DNA of 63,946 nt, counting the filler, from Octopus bimaculoides (taxonomy: Eukaryota): the NCBI RefSeq assembly GCF_001194135.2. It is 5 parts of 5 records of this genome, joined end to end, with 100 filler letters (N's around TTAATTAATTAA, not from the genome) between each part and the next. Parts side by side here need not be neighbours in the genome. Positions count along the whole stretch, not along the records: positions 1 to 15,800 come from NC_068999.1; positions 15,901 to 24,407 come from NC_068993.1; positions 24,508 to 42,376 come from NC_068981.1; 2 more parts are not named here. The stretch is one strand, 5' to 3'. Position 1 is the first letter of the stretch; each line of letters begins with the position of its first letter. The notes under the pieces were generated by a model. That model saw only the letters and a list, made by a program, of their open reading frames with translations. It had not been told where the DNA came from and ran no database searches. A program made the translations under genes and the position numbers. This document shows positions 11,491-25,628 of the stretch, in pieces.

Positions 11491-12741
11491 GACTAACGTC
11501 ATGTTCAAGGAAGGTTCTGTGATCTCGGTCATTCGTTCGGGAAACTTGGTAACTGTCCCTATAAGTTCCAGAGGCCGAGAGAATGAATCCGATTATTACT
11601 ATTATTATTTAGTCCTTACTCTTTATTTGCTAGTAAACCACTTTTAAAAAATATACCCCGACCTTTGTCACTATATTGAGGTTTTTCAAATGGCTTGTTT
11701 TTTTTCTTTGTTTTTTTTCTTTTACTCTTTCTCGTGTAAAATTTCCAACAAATACCGCTTAGATGTTGTGAATTCAGAGTATGTAGGTAATTATGGGAAA
11801 TAATTTTTCCGAGCGGGTGGAGAGAAGAGTTTCAGAAAATTCATACGATTCGACTTTTTCCTTCATAACTTTCATAAAAAGTGATTTCTTTTAATGAAAT
11901 TTTATACAAATACCTTTCAAATGGCATGGATTACGATTATAAAGATTACGAGGAGCTGGGGATAGGGATTTCGAAAAAACGAGTTTCGGATCAGGAAAAC
12001 CAACCAAGTTGGAACTATTCTGTTTTGATGGGGATTTTTCAGATTTTTTTTTATTTCACCACAGCCTTCGAAATGATGGGGGACATCTTTTTATGAAAAA
12101 AGGTTTTGAAAATTTTTGAAATTCTTCACCATCCCACTCCGGACTGATTTTGGCCAATTTTTTTTTAACAACTTAAAAACCATCGAAGGAGCCTTTTCGG
12201 TAAAAAAATAAAAGAATTTTTTTTAATTTCGAGCAAAAGCTGTACGATTCAAGGGAGATTTGGCAGTTGTTTCTAGCACATGTCAAACCACCCTCCGTTT
12301 TCACTCTCACATGTATTGATGTTTTCTCAATATTTTTCTCCCATTAAACTTTATGGAACGATGATGCCGAAGTAACACACGCGTGGCTTGCTGGCAGAAT
12401 ATAAGCAACAACAACAACAACAAAAAGAAATTATAATTTAAATTTTNNNNNNNNNNNNNNNNNNNNNNNNNNNNNNNNNNNNNNNNNNNNNNNNNNNNNN
12501 NNNNNNNNNNNNNNNNNNNNNNNNNNNNNNNNNNNNNNNNNNNNNNNNNNNNNNNNNNNNNNNNNNNNNNNNNNNNNNNNNNNNNNNNNNNNNNNNNNNN
12601 NNNNNNNNNNNNNNNNNNNNNNNNNNNNNNNNNNNNNNNNNNNNNNNNNNNNNNNNNNNNNNNNNNNNNNNNNNNNNNNNNNNNNNNNNNNNNNNNNNNN
12701 NNNNNNNNNNNNNNNNNNNNNNNNNNNNNNNNNNNNNNNNN

Positions 12742-13393
12742 GAGGCGGTTGTATAAAAAAAGTCTTTTTCTAACTTTGTTGTCAGAAGGTGTTCCCCGCC
12801 CACATCATTTCGAAGGCTGTGGTTTTTAAAAAAATAGGGAAAATCCCCGTTAAACACATCTATATTCATGCCAGTTTTGTTTGTGTGCTTTGTTGCGTGC
12901 GTGCTTGTCTGTAATTTAATACAGCCAAACCAGTGTATAATGGGAAAATACTCTAAAAGTAAGTCACCCCTGAAATGTGAATACAAACGGAATAAAACAA
13001 GTTTCGCGTAAATCGGACCACGAATTCCCAAGATACGCGGAGGTTCCGAAAGTAACATATATATGAAATAGGAAAATTGTTTCTATTAATTTTATGTTTA
13101 CGTTATATAACAGTTCCTTTTACATTTTTGTAGAAGTGTGCACATATGCCATTAAAAATGCTGTTATTTGGAGTTCTAATTTATGCCAGAAGTTCTATTT
13201 CTATTAGATGCCGTGAATAATCAATAAAACCTTAAACACGAACTTGTAAACCAGACTTATGATGACACGAACGAATTGGAATATTTAACTGAATCATCAT
13301 AAAATTAACTTTCATTTCAATGCAATGTTGAAATCAGCTTCAGTGTTTTATAACCTGAACCGTCAGTGACCCAACGGGTCACGGGTAGTCTAG
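12742..13393 (+). mobile_element. Non-autonomous Helitron/Helentron-like element (3' end visible)
   Basis: Hairpin GTGACCC-AAC-GGGTCAC (13366-13382) lies 7 nt upstream of CTAG (13390-13393), which is followed by T: the canonical Helitron 3' signature. The 5' end is probably in the gap. Confidence 0.5.
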
Positions 13394-14361
13394 TTGTTAT
13401 TAAGAATGATGATGATGATGATGATCTTTTGTTTGAGTGAGGTGGTGGAGAGCATTACAAAGAGCTTATAATTTGTGTAGGGGTTTATATAAAAGGCGAA
13501 GGGAACGTAAGGAGAAGGGCCAAAAGCATACACGGTATATAAAGTAAGCGAACACGTGAATAATGCATTCTTTCCGATACAGGAGAACCTCCAGCCAGAG
13601 CCAATTAGGCGCCCCAGAGATCGTGGATCACCCTGACCACTAAGGACACAAAACCTCGCCCAGCTGTTGCATTGTAGCTTTCAGGAACATGCTTAAAGCA
13701 AATTCACTCACCCTAATCAAATTTACTGGGAAGTAGCGCTTCCCTCTTCACCCTCACTTTTCTCTCTAAGTGAAACTAAAAAAATCGATGAGTGCTTGAT
13801 TGAAGGGGAAGGTTTCTTTCCTCGGTCCTTTCACCACTCGGCCTCCTTTGTTGTAGCCATTAAACAGAGGAACACCGTCTGCCCTACTTTGTTAAAGATG
13901 GGGGTCGTGTTGCGATCCTCACAGTGAACTTGGCCGATGGTTGGAGAGAAAGAAACTCCGCGAATGTGTTCTTCTTTTCGATTCTTGCAAAGATTTCACG
14001 ACTCCATTGGAGAAAAGAACTCAAAGGAAGAGTACACGGTTAGAGAAGATGGCGGTGGAGTAAGAGAAAAAAAACATTCACTCGTTTAGAGAATTTCTTT
14101 GATTTAAGCACGCACGCACACACACACACACAACATGTGTGTATTTTTGCATGAATGTATGTATATGAATATGCATATATGTGCATGTTTGTACTTATAT
14201 ATGTTTATATATATATATATGCATATATATATACANNNNNNNNNNNNNNNNNNNNNNNNNNNNNNNNNNNNNNNNNNNNNNNNNNNNNNNNNNNNNNNNN
14301 NNNNNNNNNNNNNNNNNNNNNNNNNNNNNNNNNNNNNNNNNNNNNNNNNNNNNNNNNNNNN

Positions 14362-14398
<37 letters not shown>

Positions 14399-15148
14399 TG
14401 TATATATATATATGTGTGTCTGTGTGTATATATGTCTGTATGTATATGTATACATTTGTATGTGTACGTGTATGTATGTATATATATGTGTACGTGTATG
14501 TGTGTATATATATATACACACACACACACACATAAAACCTAATAACCTATCCAAAATCCCTTTTGCTTCGTTTACTATGATTCATAAGGATCACACTTAG
14601 ACGAAAGGAAGTAAAGAAACAAAAATAATCAAATCAAATAAATAACTATACCCCCCAAAAAATGGTGGCGGAGATAAAAAGAGGAAAAGATAAGGGGAAA
14701 GAGAGACAGAAGGAGAGAGAGAGCGAGAGAGAGACAGAGAGAGAAGAGGTTTGAAGTGACGACATTTACAATGAATGGCTGGATAATGAGAAACTATTTT
14801 CTGAGAACGTTCTTAGTTGAATACGTATTGAATATCTATCGCTGCAGAGGTGATGTTTTCATTGGCTGAAAGACGTTGGGGGAAACTTCATGCGAAGCAG
14901 CGTCCCTCTGTCTCACCGCTCACTGATATACACGGAAAATTCTGTGTATATATGTGCATATATGCGTGTATATGTATAAGAGGTATGTGTGGGCAAGTGT
15001 GTGTTTGTATGAAGAAAAAAACCCCAACAAAACAACAAAATATGAAAAACTCTCAGTATGTATGCATGCATTTATGCTGACATATATGTGTGTGAGCGTG
15101 TATGTATTGTTTATTTTTATCTGTAAGTGAAATACACGCATATGTATG

Positions 15149-15182
<34 letters not shown>

Positions 15183-15644
15183 TATATGCATATAAATACA
15201 TACATACATATACGCACACATCTATCTCTCTCCCTCACTTTCGCTCTCTTTCTTTCACTCACTATGCGTGTGTGTGTGTGTGTGTGTGTGTGTTATGCAC
15301 ATACACAAGTTTACTTGCATACGTGCAACTCCGCTAAATATCCGCTGGCAACCATAATGAGAACTGCGTGGAACAGCGACGGGTATGTATGTATGTATGT
15401 ATGTATGCATGTATGTATGCAAGCATGTATGTATTATGTATGCGTGTATGTATGTGTGCTTGTATGTATGTAAGTATATATTTGTAAATTGGATACCTCT
15501 TATAAAGTATGAGGCATTGAATTTACACATATGTACATTTTATATAAGATACGACAGGGTACCAAGAGAAGGGTACCCGAATGGACTGCATCTATATAAA
15601 ACACGTTCGTATGATGTACACACACGTATGCCGCTCCTCTGTAA

Positions 15645-15657
15645 AATAATAATAATG

Positions 15658-15732
<75 letters not shown>
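15645..15732. repeat. (ATA)n microsatellite
   Basis: Direct inspection. Confidence 0.95.
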
Positions 15733-16088
15733 TTTTTAAAAAGGATTGACGTAACTGTTCACGAAGGTAAATAGTCAAAACGAAGAGCGCGATTTTAGAT
15801 NNNNNNNNNNNNNNNNNNNNNNNNNNNNNNNNNNNNNNNNNNNNTTAATTAATTAANNNNNNNNNNNNNNNNNNNNNNNNNNNNNNNNNNNNNNNNNNNN
15901 GAGTAATACCTATTAGTCTAAAATATTTATCATATATATATGTGTGTGTGCGTAAACAAATGCACACTCGCACGCGCACACACACATATATAAACGTATA
16001 ATATGAACACAGACACATACACTAATAACATAAACATATTTGTGTATTAAAGTGACATGCACACTGACTCTGAATGCAAGTTTGGCTA

Positions 16089-16123
<35 letters not shown>

Positions 16124-16264
16124 GACTGTACTAATTATACCCATATCCACGAATCTCAAGAGAACTGTCTTGAGCTAAAAAAAGAGAATTATCACATTAT
16201 TAGTGACCAGCTTGAATTCTTCAAAGGAATAAACCTGAATAAAACCCAACGAAATGTAAATGCC

Positions 16265-16301
<37 letters not shown>

Positions 16302-16731
16302 CACAGACACACATACATACATGGGTACATACATCCATTCATCTACCCTTCCTTCCATCCATTCACCCATCCATCCGTCCGTCCATACATACATACATAC
16401 ATACATGACTACCCCACAATGTCTAAATTCCAACGAAAGAACCCTGTTTCTTGGTTAGAAACCGGCTCTTTTTCCTTGGTGAGAAATTCCAAAAATATAA
16501 CAAAGGATACATACAGACAGTCAGACTGACTGACAAGCAGATATATAGATAGATATAGATGTGAATATATAGCTTATTAAGAAGCGACATTCTTATACGT
16601 ACAATCAACGTATATAAACTCTTTTTTTTTTTTTGTTTTCTTGATGTACAGAAATAAAGAGAAAATAAGAAAGAGGGAAGAGAAGGAGAGAGAAAGGAGA
16701 GGGGGAGAAAGAGCGAAAGAAAGAGACGCAC

Positions 16732-16809
16732 GTGCCTAAGGCACGGAAGGAAAGGAGGACAACAGGAGTTTTTCCAGTGCGGGGTTTTAACATGGTGAAA
16801 ATGGGTCAG
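16732..16809 (-). other. Candidate 78-nt exon
   Basis: Acceptor TTTTTGGTCCTGGTTCAG, donor CAC|GTGCGT. Phase-0 frame is open (LTHFHHVKTPHWKNSCCPPFLPCLRH); alternatively an ACCATG start gives MLKPRTGKTPVVLLSFRALG. No homology recognised. Confidence 0.2.
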
Positions 16810-17177
16810 CTGAACCAGGACCAAAAATAAGTAAATAATTAAGTTTAGAAATGCCCTCTCCCCGTATACATACATACATACATACATACATAGACACATA
16901 CACACACATACATACATACATACATATANNNNNNNNNNNNNNNNNNNNNNNNNNNNNNNNNNNNNNNNNNNNNNNNNNNNNNNNNNNNNNNNNNNNNNNN
17001 NNNNNNNNNNNNNNNNNNNNNNNNNNNNNNNNNNNNNNNNNNNNNNNNNNNNNNNNNNNNNNNNNNNNNNNNNNNNNNNNNNNNNNNNNNNNNNNNNNNN
17101 NNNNNNNNNNNNNNNNNNNNNNNNNNNNNNNNNNNNNNNNNNNNNNNNNNNNNNNNNNNNNNNNNNNNNNNNNNNNN

Positions 17178-17324
17178 CGATGATGAATCTCATCTTATGA
17201 AATATTAGTAAAAATTTATAAAAGTTTGAAGTAAAAGTTTGGAGGTCAAACAGAAGACAAACTGTTTTTACTTCAAACTTTTATAAATTTTTACTAATAT
17301 TTCATAAGATGAGATTCATCATCG
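17178..17324. repeat. Perfect 59-bp inverted repeat with 29-nt spacer, abutting an assembly gap
   Basis: 17178-17236 is the exact reverse complement of 17266-17324. Confidence 0.9.
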
Positions 17325-18492
17325 AAACCGGTAATATATGCTATATTTTCTTTATATAATTTAAAAATTATTTTATTAAATTCTTTCTAAATTGAAATAT
17401 CTTGGATTTACTTCTGTGCTATTTCACCTCCATCTTTTATATATAAAAATTTGATTTGTATAGATCTCTTATCTCTTATTTTCACCAATATAGATATATA
17501 TATGTGTATATGTATATGTATATTGGGGCAGGGTTAGTTGAGTGGGCGGGAAGTTCGTTTGCCAAATATACGGTCTTGGTTTAGTCCCACTAAGTGGCGC
17601 CTTGGACATATATGTCTTTCCCCAAAGTCTTGGGCCGACCAAAATCTTGGTACATATGAACACCACACGATTTAGTTAAATTCATTCGGCACGATAGGGC
17701 ATTTTTAGGGGAAATCCCTATTTGTGCTGACTATTACGTTTTAAACATGCGCGCGCGCACGTATTCATGTGTGTGTGTGTTTGTGTGCGTGTGTGTAAAC
17801 ATGATGATTATGCTATATATAGGTGGAGGTATTATAAAGAGACTAAGGTGAAGTGTTTCATGTCTTGTCACTTGTTTTATCTGTTTCGTTTATTAATTTG
17901 TGGTTTACTCAGAAAAATTGGTGAGCAGCGGGTATAATTGGGGAGCGGGAAGGGTGATCCAGGATGGGGGGGCGATGGGGAGGAAATAGTATAATTGCAA
18001 TGAAATATAAGACACGCAAAAGGTTGTGTTACAGAAGACGACTATGACGACGAAGTCAGACAAGAAGAGGGGAGGGATGGGGAGAGGACATGAAGATAAT
18101 GTTGATAATGATGATGATGCTGGTTATGAAAAAGAAGAAAAGAGAGCAGATGAGAAGAAGCAATGACGTTGATGGTGATGATGAGAAATGAAGAATGCTG
18201 ACTAGGTAGGGAGAGAGAAAGAGTGAGGTGGGAAAATGATCCTTTGCGTCCCGTACATGCAAACACATCTGCTGTCAGTTAATGTGTGTGTGTGTGTGTG
18301 TGTGCGTGTGTGTTTGTATTTATATGCTATTCAGCGTGTATGTGTGCGAATAGATATGAATGTTTTGTCGGTATTTATGCGCACGGGTATGTGNNNNNNN
18401 NNNATTTATGCGCACGGGTATGTGTGAGAAGGTTTTGTGTACGAGTATGTATAGATGGGAGTAGTATCTGTGTGTGTGTGTGTGTGTGTGTG

Positions 18493-18528
<36 letters not shown>

Positions 18529-21500
18529 CAACAGAACGGACACCAGGCACTGACTGTCACGTTTTTATGACATATCTTCTGGCTACGCGGGTAAGACGAG
18601 ACAGTCGTTGTTAGGTGTGAGGTAAGAGGAGATGATGGTTCGAAAGGCAATCCACTTATCTTCTTTTCTACTCTCAAAAGTCGGCTGATTTTGAAAGAGA
18701 GTAGACTACTACTACTACTACTACTACTACCACTACTAATAATAATAATAATATGACGACGACGTTGAAGTGTGGGTTGCACGACATTTTGTCTTTTGTC
18801 GTCGTCGTTGTTTAGTGTTGTTGTTATAATTGCTTCTATGTTTGTATATGTATTTGTTGTTGCTGTCGTTATGGTTGTTTCTATTTATTTATTTATCAGC
18901 ATGCATGCAGGCAGAAAAGAAGAAAAATTGTTGCAAGCTTCATGAAGAAAGCAGATGTGAAGTGACTAACTGACACATATAAAGATTTCTTGCTGGTAAC
19001 TCAGAAAATTCTCTAAAACAGATCATGATGCTCTTCATCTGGGACAACGATGGTATTTTACTTGTTTTATATGTTGTTTTGCTCTACCCGTCCCATAGCT
19101 TCATCTGCACTTTGCTGCGAAGTGAAACAATGCTGGGACCTTTAGCTTAATTTTTAGTTGCAACTTTTTGAAACATCAAAGAATGCAAATTTCAAGACAT
19201 GTCAGCAGAAAACAAATACAAATAAACAAAAAAACTGTTTGTTTGGAATCAGATTTCCATATATTCCTTTTTTTTCTTCTCTTCTACTTAATTCCTCATA
19301 CATATTTTCTTTTGTCTGCCGTTGATGAGATAAAAAAATACAATCATGATAATTTCTTAGACGACGTCAAAAAGTATTTTCTTCCCCTTTTTTGTTGTAA
19401 AAAAAAAAACACTTTAAAGCAAAGTCAAAACTTCTTAACCGTAAATCTGTATGGGTATAATGTATGCTTCAGTATGTGCAAGGCTTTATGTATATCAAGT
19501 GTGTGTGTGTGTGTGTGTGTGCGTGTGTGTGTGTATGTGTGTTAGTAACATGTATGCTGTACATCAGTTGTACATTGTGAGTGAACTTCATCAATTCGTG
19601 ATCTCAAGAATTGCAGTTGAAACCGGTTTCCTTCGTTTCTTTCAAGTCTCATAAAAAATTGAAGAACATCACAACTTCCAGTATATGAAGTTTCCACTGG
19701 TGTAACAAGAGTGATATATGTAGCGAAGTTCCACGTTATATAAGACAATGGCGCACTTTGAATAGTTCACTGATGCCATTCTACTTATGTTGCTAAAACT
19801 ATCTGGAAGGAACGAATTGCTATTTGTTCCTTCACAAAAATCTTGGGATTTAATTAAATAAAAACCAATAATGCAAGATATATTTACTTACTAGATTGTT
19901 GGAAAGTTAAGGTTGGAAATAGCTGTGGTGAGCGGTGCAGAAACAATCGCTGAGTGAGCTGAATTTGCAATCCAGTTTTGATTCTTAATTACAGAAATAA
20001 TTTTATGTATTTCTCCGAATATACTTTAGAAATGATGTCACAACTTCTCATCCCTTGCTCAACCCAAATATATGGCTCTAAAAATATTCTGCATTAAAGT
20101 GTTCAATATATATTTATAGAATGATTTTTAAGAATAGGCAATGGCATTTTGTGGCATTCATACTTTTCTCAAGATCGCTCAATACGAAAAGTATTTTCAA
20201 CTGGTAATCAATAAAAGATTTTATAACCAAATATATGGCATGTAGCGGTGTAGGTTTGTATAATTTAGAAATAGCCTACTTGCCTACTACACTGGATATT
20301 AATACAAGTGACTAATATCCTTCCCGTGGAGGTATCCTATTCTCATCAGACAAAAGCCTCTTAATTCTTACGTCTTCCAACAAAATTTACTCCTTTGCTT
20401 TCACACATAAATTCACCGCTTCCCGCTAGAGACAGCTACTATGTTGTTACTGAGAATAGCAGCCAAATTTCCCTTAAATTACACTACACAGGTAGAGGCA
20501 TTGGATGAGAATAATATTAGATGGTCATTTTGAAAATGCCCCTTGTCAGAGGTTTGCTTCTTGAGCATGGCTAACCAGGCGGTAAAAAACAACAAAAATA
20601 CGCTCAATTTCTTAATTCTCTCTGTCTCTCTCTTTCTTTGTCTTTGTCTTTCTTTGTCTTTCTCTTTCTTTGTCTTTCTTTGTCTTTCTCTTTCTTTGTC
20701 TTTCTTTCTCTCTCTCTCTCTCTCTCTCTTCCTCTCTTCCTTTCTCTTTCTCTCTCTCCCCGTCCTCTTCTCTCTCTCAGTTGTATATGAATAGCTGAAT
20801 ATATCTAAGTATATATTATCACTTCATTCCTACATATACATAGTTTCGCACATGAAACAGTAAATTATTCACTCATAAATATTTAAATATCTAAAATAGA
20901 AAGTAAAGATGTTGTAGGTCAAGAGAGTCAAAACAAAACCTAATTACTCACATGTTATGTGAAGGAGTTAGGGACAAAGGTTGATGTGAACCTTTAAACT
21001 GAAACCGCATAATACATCAAGAGGGGCAGTGTGGGGTGCGATGTGAAAAAAAAAAGCAAAAAAGAAAACCTTTCATAGTTTTGAGTGCTGTCAAGTAGTA
21101 GATTATACACTATCTTTACATTGTCTTTTTAACATCCACAATCATAGTTGTATAATTAAGAAGTTTTCTTCGAAATCATATGGTTTCGGGTTCGACCCTA
21201 TTGCGTAGCACCTTGGGCAAATGTTTTTTTTTTCACCATAACCGTGGGTCAATCAAAACCGTGTGAGTAGAATTTCGTAGTTATGTGCAGCATCTGTGTT
21301 TATAATTGTGACTGTGTTTATACATACACCGATCTAAAAGATGGTGTTGTCTTTTCACCATTTCGATTATTAGAAATCAATAAAATAAGTGTTTGGCTTG
21401 ATAGGTTTGACTAAACTCTTATGGCTGCAGTTCAATGAGTGAAACAAATGAAGGAATGTGCGCATGCGTGAGAGAGACAGACAGACAGACAGACAGAGAG

Positions 21501-21649
21501 TATTGTTTAATAACAGTAGTCGAATTACTTAATTTGTAACAATTTGAAGTGTTTGAGATTCAAATAGCGTTTTAAAATGTAAACACTTATTATTGTCACA
21601 TACACGTTATAGAAATATATTCATTTACTTTGTAACAGAAAAGCCCACC

Positions 21650-22035
21650 AAGATTCGATCAGTTAAACTTGTGATTCGCTTATAGTAGATCTCGGCTAGT
21701 CTGCCTATTGTTCCTGAAAACAATTATCAACTCTTTATCTCCGCAAGAACAGAAAAAAACAATTTCCAAAGTTTTGTTTGATCTTTCAACATGAAAAGAT
21801 ACATCAACACAGAAAATGTCTTCTCTTGCTGTCTTGGTGGCCACCATCAACGTAACAGACAAGCTTGTTTTTCTCGACACTATCACCAGTCAACGCGAGA
21901 GCCATTTTACCTGCCTCTTCAACACGGGGCTTATTGCTTCTACCATAATCAGTACCCAATACAACAGTGACAACAAACCAACTATAGTGATTACAACCAA
22001 ACTGACTCACTAGCCTTTCTTGTTGCAATCTAACA
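21650..22035. repeat. Old unclassified dispersed repeat, copy 1
   Basis: Shares GATCAGTTAAA...ACCAGTCAAC...TACCTGCCTCTTCAACACG...GCTTCTACCA with 23615-23880 in the same orientation. Confidence 0.65.
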
Positions 22036-23614
22036 TCTTCAAAACCAAGCATTTGCATACATATTGCAAAACATATACTTGAATCGACCGATATTCAATA
22101 TTAAGTGCTGTAGACCTTTTGTAATAAATATTTTTAAGTAAAGATTTAAATGAGGCAAGTAACCTTTCTGGAGTGGGAACTGCGAGTGGGGAATAATATG
22201 ACTATATTTGTAATTTTGACCAGAATAAACTTTAGTTATATCTCTAAACACTATCATAACGCCTTCTGACATTTTCTCCAATCAACCACTTTTCGTATCA
22301 ATCGGAAAGACAATAAGAAAAGTTTAATTTTCGCGCCTAAAGTTCTCGCGGAATATTCTATAACTTTTTAATGTGCTTAAAAAAAATCTCGGAGTTCAGC
22401 CCTCTATAGGTACTTTCCTTATTGCGATGAAGGTTGTGACTATAAACCCACGTTTAAGAAGGTAGTCATTTCGCACTCCTGACATTCATACAACAAATTA
22501 TAAATTATAGTTATATAAATGTTAGGTGCTATTAATAAACATTTTTGAAGATAATTCTTCCCTTTAAACTTATTGTTATTGATTATTCAGTTTGTTAAAC
22601 ACAATATATGTACAAAATGGTGACTCCGACGTAAACAACGACAGTTTTACTATGCACAATATTCAGTCTCACTTAAATATTTACACATCTGTATAAATAA
22701 TTCGGCTTCTGTCGACTCAAACACAAATACGAACACATCTGTTGTGCATTCAGGTATACAACGGTCCAAATCTTCTCTCCTGGTACCTAAAATGCGTACC
22801 CTTTCCTGGCGTTACATCGACTTTTCGATGTACATTTTTTTATAATCAACTTAAACTATACTAGACAGTGGCAGTTCGTAGATAAAATTAGTAGGGGTAC
22901 TGCTTCAGAAAATTTTTAGCCGTTCAATATTGTGTAAAAGAAAGCAGACATATGAAAAGAAATTCTATACGTAAACTTGATCGGTTTGCGTTTTAGCCAC
23001 TGCCGGGTAGTGTGTTTAATTTGTTCACTGAATACCGCTCCGAATTCCCCCTTGTTTTTCAAAAATCCACCCCCTAAACCACAAAATAAGGGAGGGGAAT
23101 CTGCCCTATTTTTCATATCCTGGCAGCTGGAAGCAGGATAATAATCTAATTCTAAACTTTATCACATTCAAGAATATAAACACGTTTTTAAGCACAACAC
23201 ACGCGGAGTCAAAAAGAAACACTACCTTTCACTGCGTGAACGACAGTGCTCTCTCTACCTGGCGTGCAGCTTCCTATCTCGGATATGTAAGCATGAGCAC
23301 AACAGCCAAACACCGCGTCGCTGGAACTGTGAAGCGCACAATTCTATACAAGGATTTTTGCATTTTTTTCATAAACTAGGGGATGGCTACTGACATTAAA
23401 CTTAAGGATTATATAATGTACAATTATAAAGAAAGAATTAGAGAAAAAAGGACTCATTATATTGAATGTATTCGATAATATCGAGTGGAAATAGGGAATG
23501 CTGCAGTTCCGCAGTTCCTATACACGAGCCACCACTGATACTAGACTTCTCATTTTGTTCGTTGTTTATCAATCATCTTTCGGCAAGGGCAGTTGTGTAT
23601 CGGAAAACTCCGTA

Positions 23615-23880
23615 GAGGTGCGATCAGTTAAAAACTTTCGATTAGTTCATTGTAAATCTCGACTCGTTTTACTAGTTAACGCTCTCCAATCTACACTGGA
23701 GACAGAAAAACTACACATTTTCGTTGCCATCATTACCAGTCAACACAAGAACCAAGCTACCTGCCTCTTCAACACGAGAAGCTTGCTGCTTCTACCAACA
23801 TCGCTACCCAATCCAACAGCAACAATAAGCCGACTAGAATGATAATAATCAAATTGGCCTGCTAATCTAACTTGTCACAA
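23615..23880. repeat. Old unclassified dispersed repeat, copy 2
   Basis: Diverged direct copy of 21650-22035 with an internal deletion. Confidence 0.65.
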
Positions 23881-24507
23881 TCACACACGCAACAAACAAT
23901 ATGAGTAAAATCTAATTGTTTTAAGATTGGTCGTTGCCTTTGTAAATCCATTATTAAGATTCCAATACCCTATGAGTAAAATCCAATAGTCTTTGAAATT
24001 GGTCATACCAAATACAGAGTTTATACACAGTGTAGTTACTCACAAGGTATTGGAATCTTATATTTTTACCATTCTGCCTAAACATTGGATTTACAAATAC
24101 AATATCCCTACATTCACTCTCTATTTCCTATCTTAACTAAACTAACTATTACTTAATCATCCTCTCACTCCATCTCCCATGAAGGGATACAATAGATATC
24201 CTGGAAACAGCTGTAAGACATTCTATTTATAAATGTTCTGTATTATACACAGCCTTGGTCTTTTATCTCATTAGGAAAAGTAAATCCTTATATTCACACG
24301 CTGATATATGACCTACGTTGGACCCCTTATTCGCATAACCACCGAACCTGGAGCTTAACTGTGGTCTATCAATAGCACTTACTCAGCGTTACCTGAAACC
24401 TCTGGGTNNNNNNNNNNNNNNNNNNNNNNNNNNNNNNNNNNNNNNNNNNNNTTAATTAATTAANNNNNNNNNNNNNNNNNNNNNNNNNNNNNNNNNNNNN
24501 NNNNNNN

Positions 24508-24543
<36 letters not shown>

Positions 24544-24555
24544 AGAGAGAGATAA

Positions 24556-24614
<59 letters not shown>

Positions 24615-24905
24615 ACAATTAGTGAGAGATTACCAATCCGGGCAAAATACTTTATAAACACTTCGTTGGCACACTAAGCCAACAATATTACTTAGATTAA
24701 GGAAGAACTCCAGGTGATCTTTTGGTTGTTTCCAATGTTATCGTAATTACAGCTGTTTCCAGTACTGATTATAAGTTTACTACTGATAGGTTTATTGAGT
24801 AAACCTATAAGTAATGTACCTATAATGACAACTTGAAATAGCTATAAGCCAAATTTGCTCCAATAAAGGAATAATATGTAATGACCATTATTTTTTTTAC
24901 TTGTG

Positions 24906-24957
<52 letters not shown>

Positions 24958-24964
24958 TCATATA

Positions 24965-25116
24965 TACACGCAACTGGCTTCCACACAGTTTCTTTCACAA
25001 AACATTAGTCGGCCCGGGCCAATAGTAGAAGACGCTCATGCTAGGGCACAGTGGGACTGAACCCAAAACCAAGTGGCTGCAAAGCGAGTTCCTTAACACA
25101 CAGCTATGCTTGCTCC
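24965..25116 (-). mobile_element. SINE type A head
   Basis: CAGTGGGACTGAACCC...CCTTAACACACAGCTATGC on + is the reverse complement of the type A head. Confidence 0.7.
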
Positions 25117-25246
25117 CCAAACAGGAACGCACTCAATCATTATTAGTTTTTATTTGTAAATTTAGATTTTCGTTGATAACTTGCGATGAACGATTTTTTA
25201 GCATGGTTCATATATATTGTTTATTAGTAGATAACATGTTTAAATC

Positions 25247-25628
25247 GTAAAGGCGCAATGGCCCAGTGGTTAGGGCAGCGGACTCGTGGTCATAGTATCG
25301 CGGTTTCGATTCCCAGACCGGGTGTTGTGAGTGTTTATTGAGCGGAAACACCTAAAGCTCCACGAGGCCTCCGGTAGGGGATGATGGCGAACCCTGCTGT
25401 ACTCTTCCACCACAACTTTCTCTCACTCTTACTTCCTGTTTTTGTTGTGCCTGTAATTCAAAAGGTCAGCCTTGTTACATTGTGTCACGCTGAATATCCC
25501 CTAGAACTACGTTAAAGGTACACGTGTCTGTGGAGTGATCAGCCACTTGCACGTTAATTTCACGAGCAGGCTGTTCCGTTGATCGGATCAACTGGAACCC
25601 TCGACGTCGTAAGCGACGGAGTGCCAAC
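25247..25628 (+). mobile_element. SINE type C, full length, with 14-bp target-site duplication
   Basis: A-box TGGCCCAGTGG, B-box GGTTTCGATTCC, tail ...GTAAGCGACGGAGTGCCAAC. AACATGTTTAAATC occurs at 25233-25246 and 25629-25642. Confidence 0.92.

Noticed and set aside
13560-14040. Possible decayed retroelement (YFVKDGGRVAILTV)
   Set aside because: The similarity fits Gypsy RT or L1 endonuclease equally weakly; too short to call.
15845-15856. TTAATTAATTAA embedded in Ns (also 24452, 42421, 62829)
   Set aside because: Always 44 N + 12 nt + 44 N = 100 bp; a six-frame-stop spacer marking gaps of unknown size, not biology.
18373-18424. 21-bp direct repeat flanking a 10-N gap
   Set aside because: Typical unmerged contig overlap.
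25247-25325. tRNA-like sequence with A and B boxes
   Set aside because: It is the head of a repeated SINE with TSDs, not a tRNA gene.
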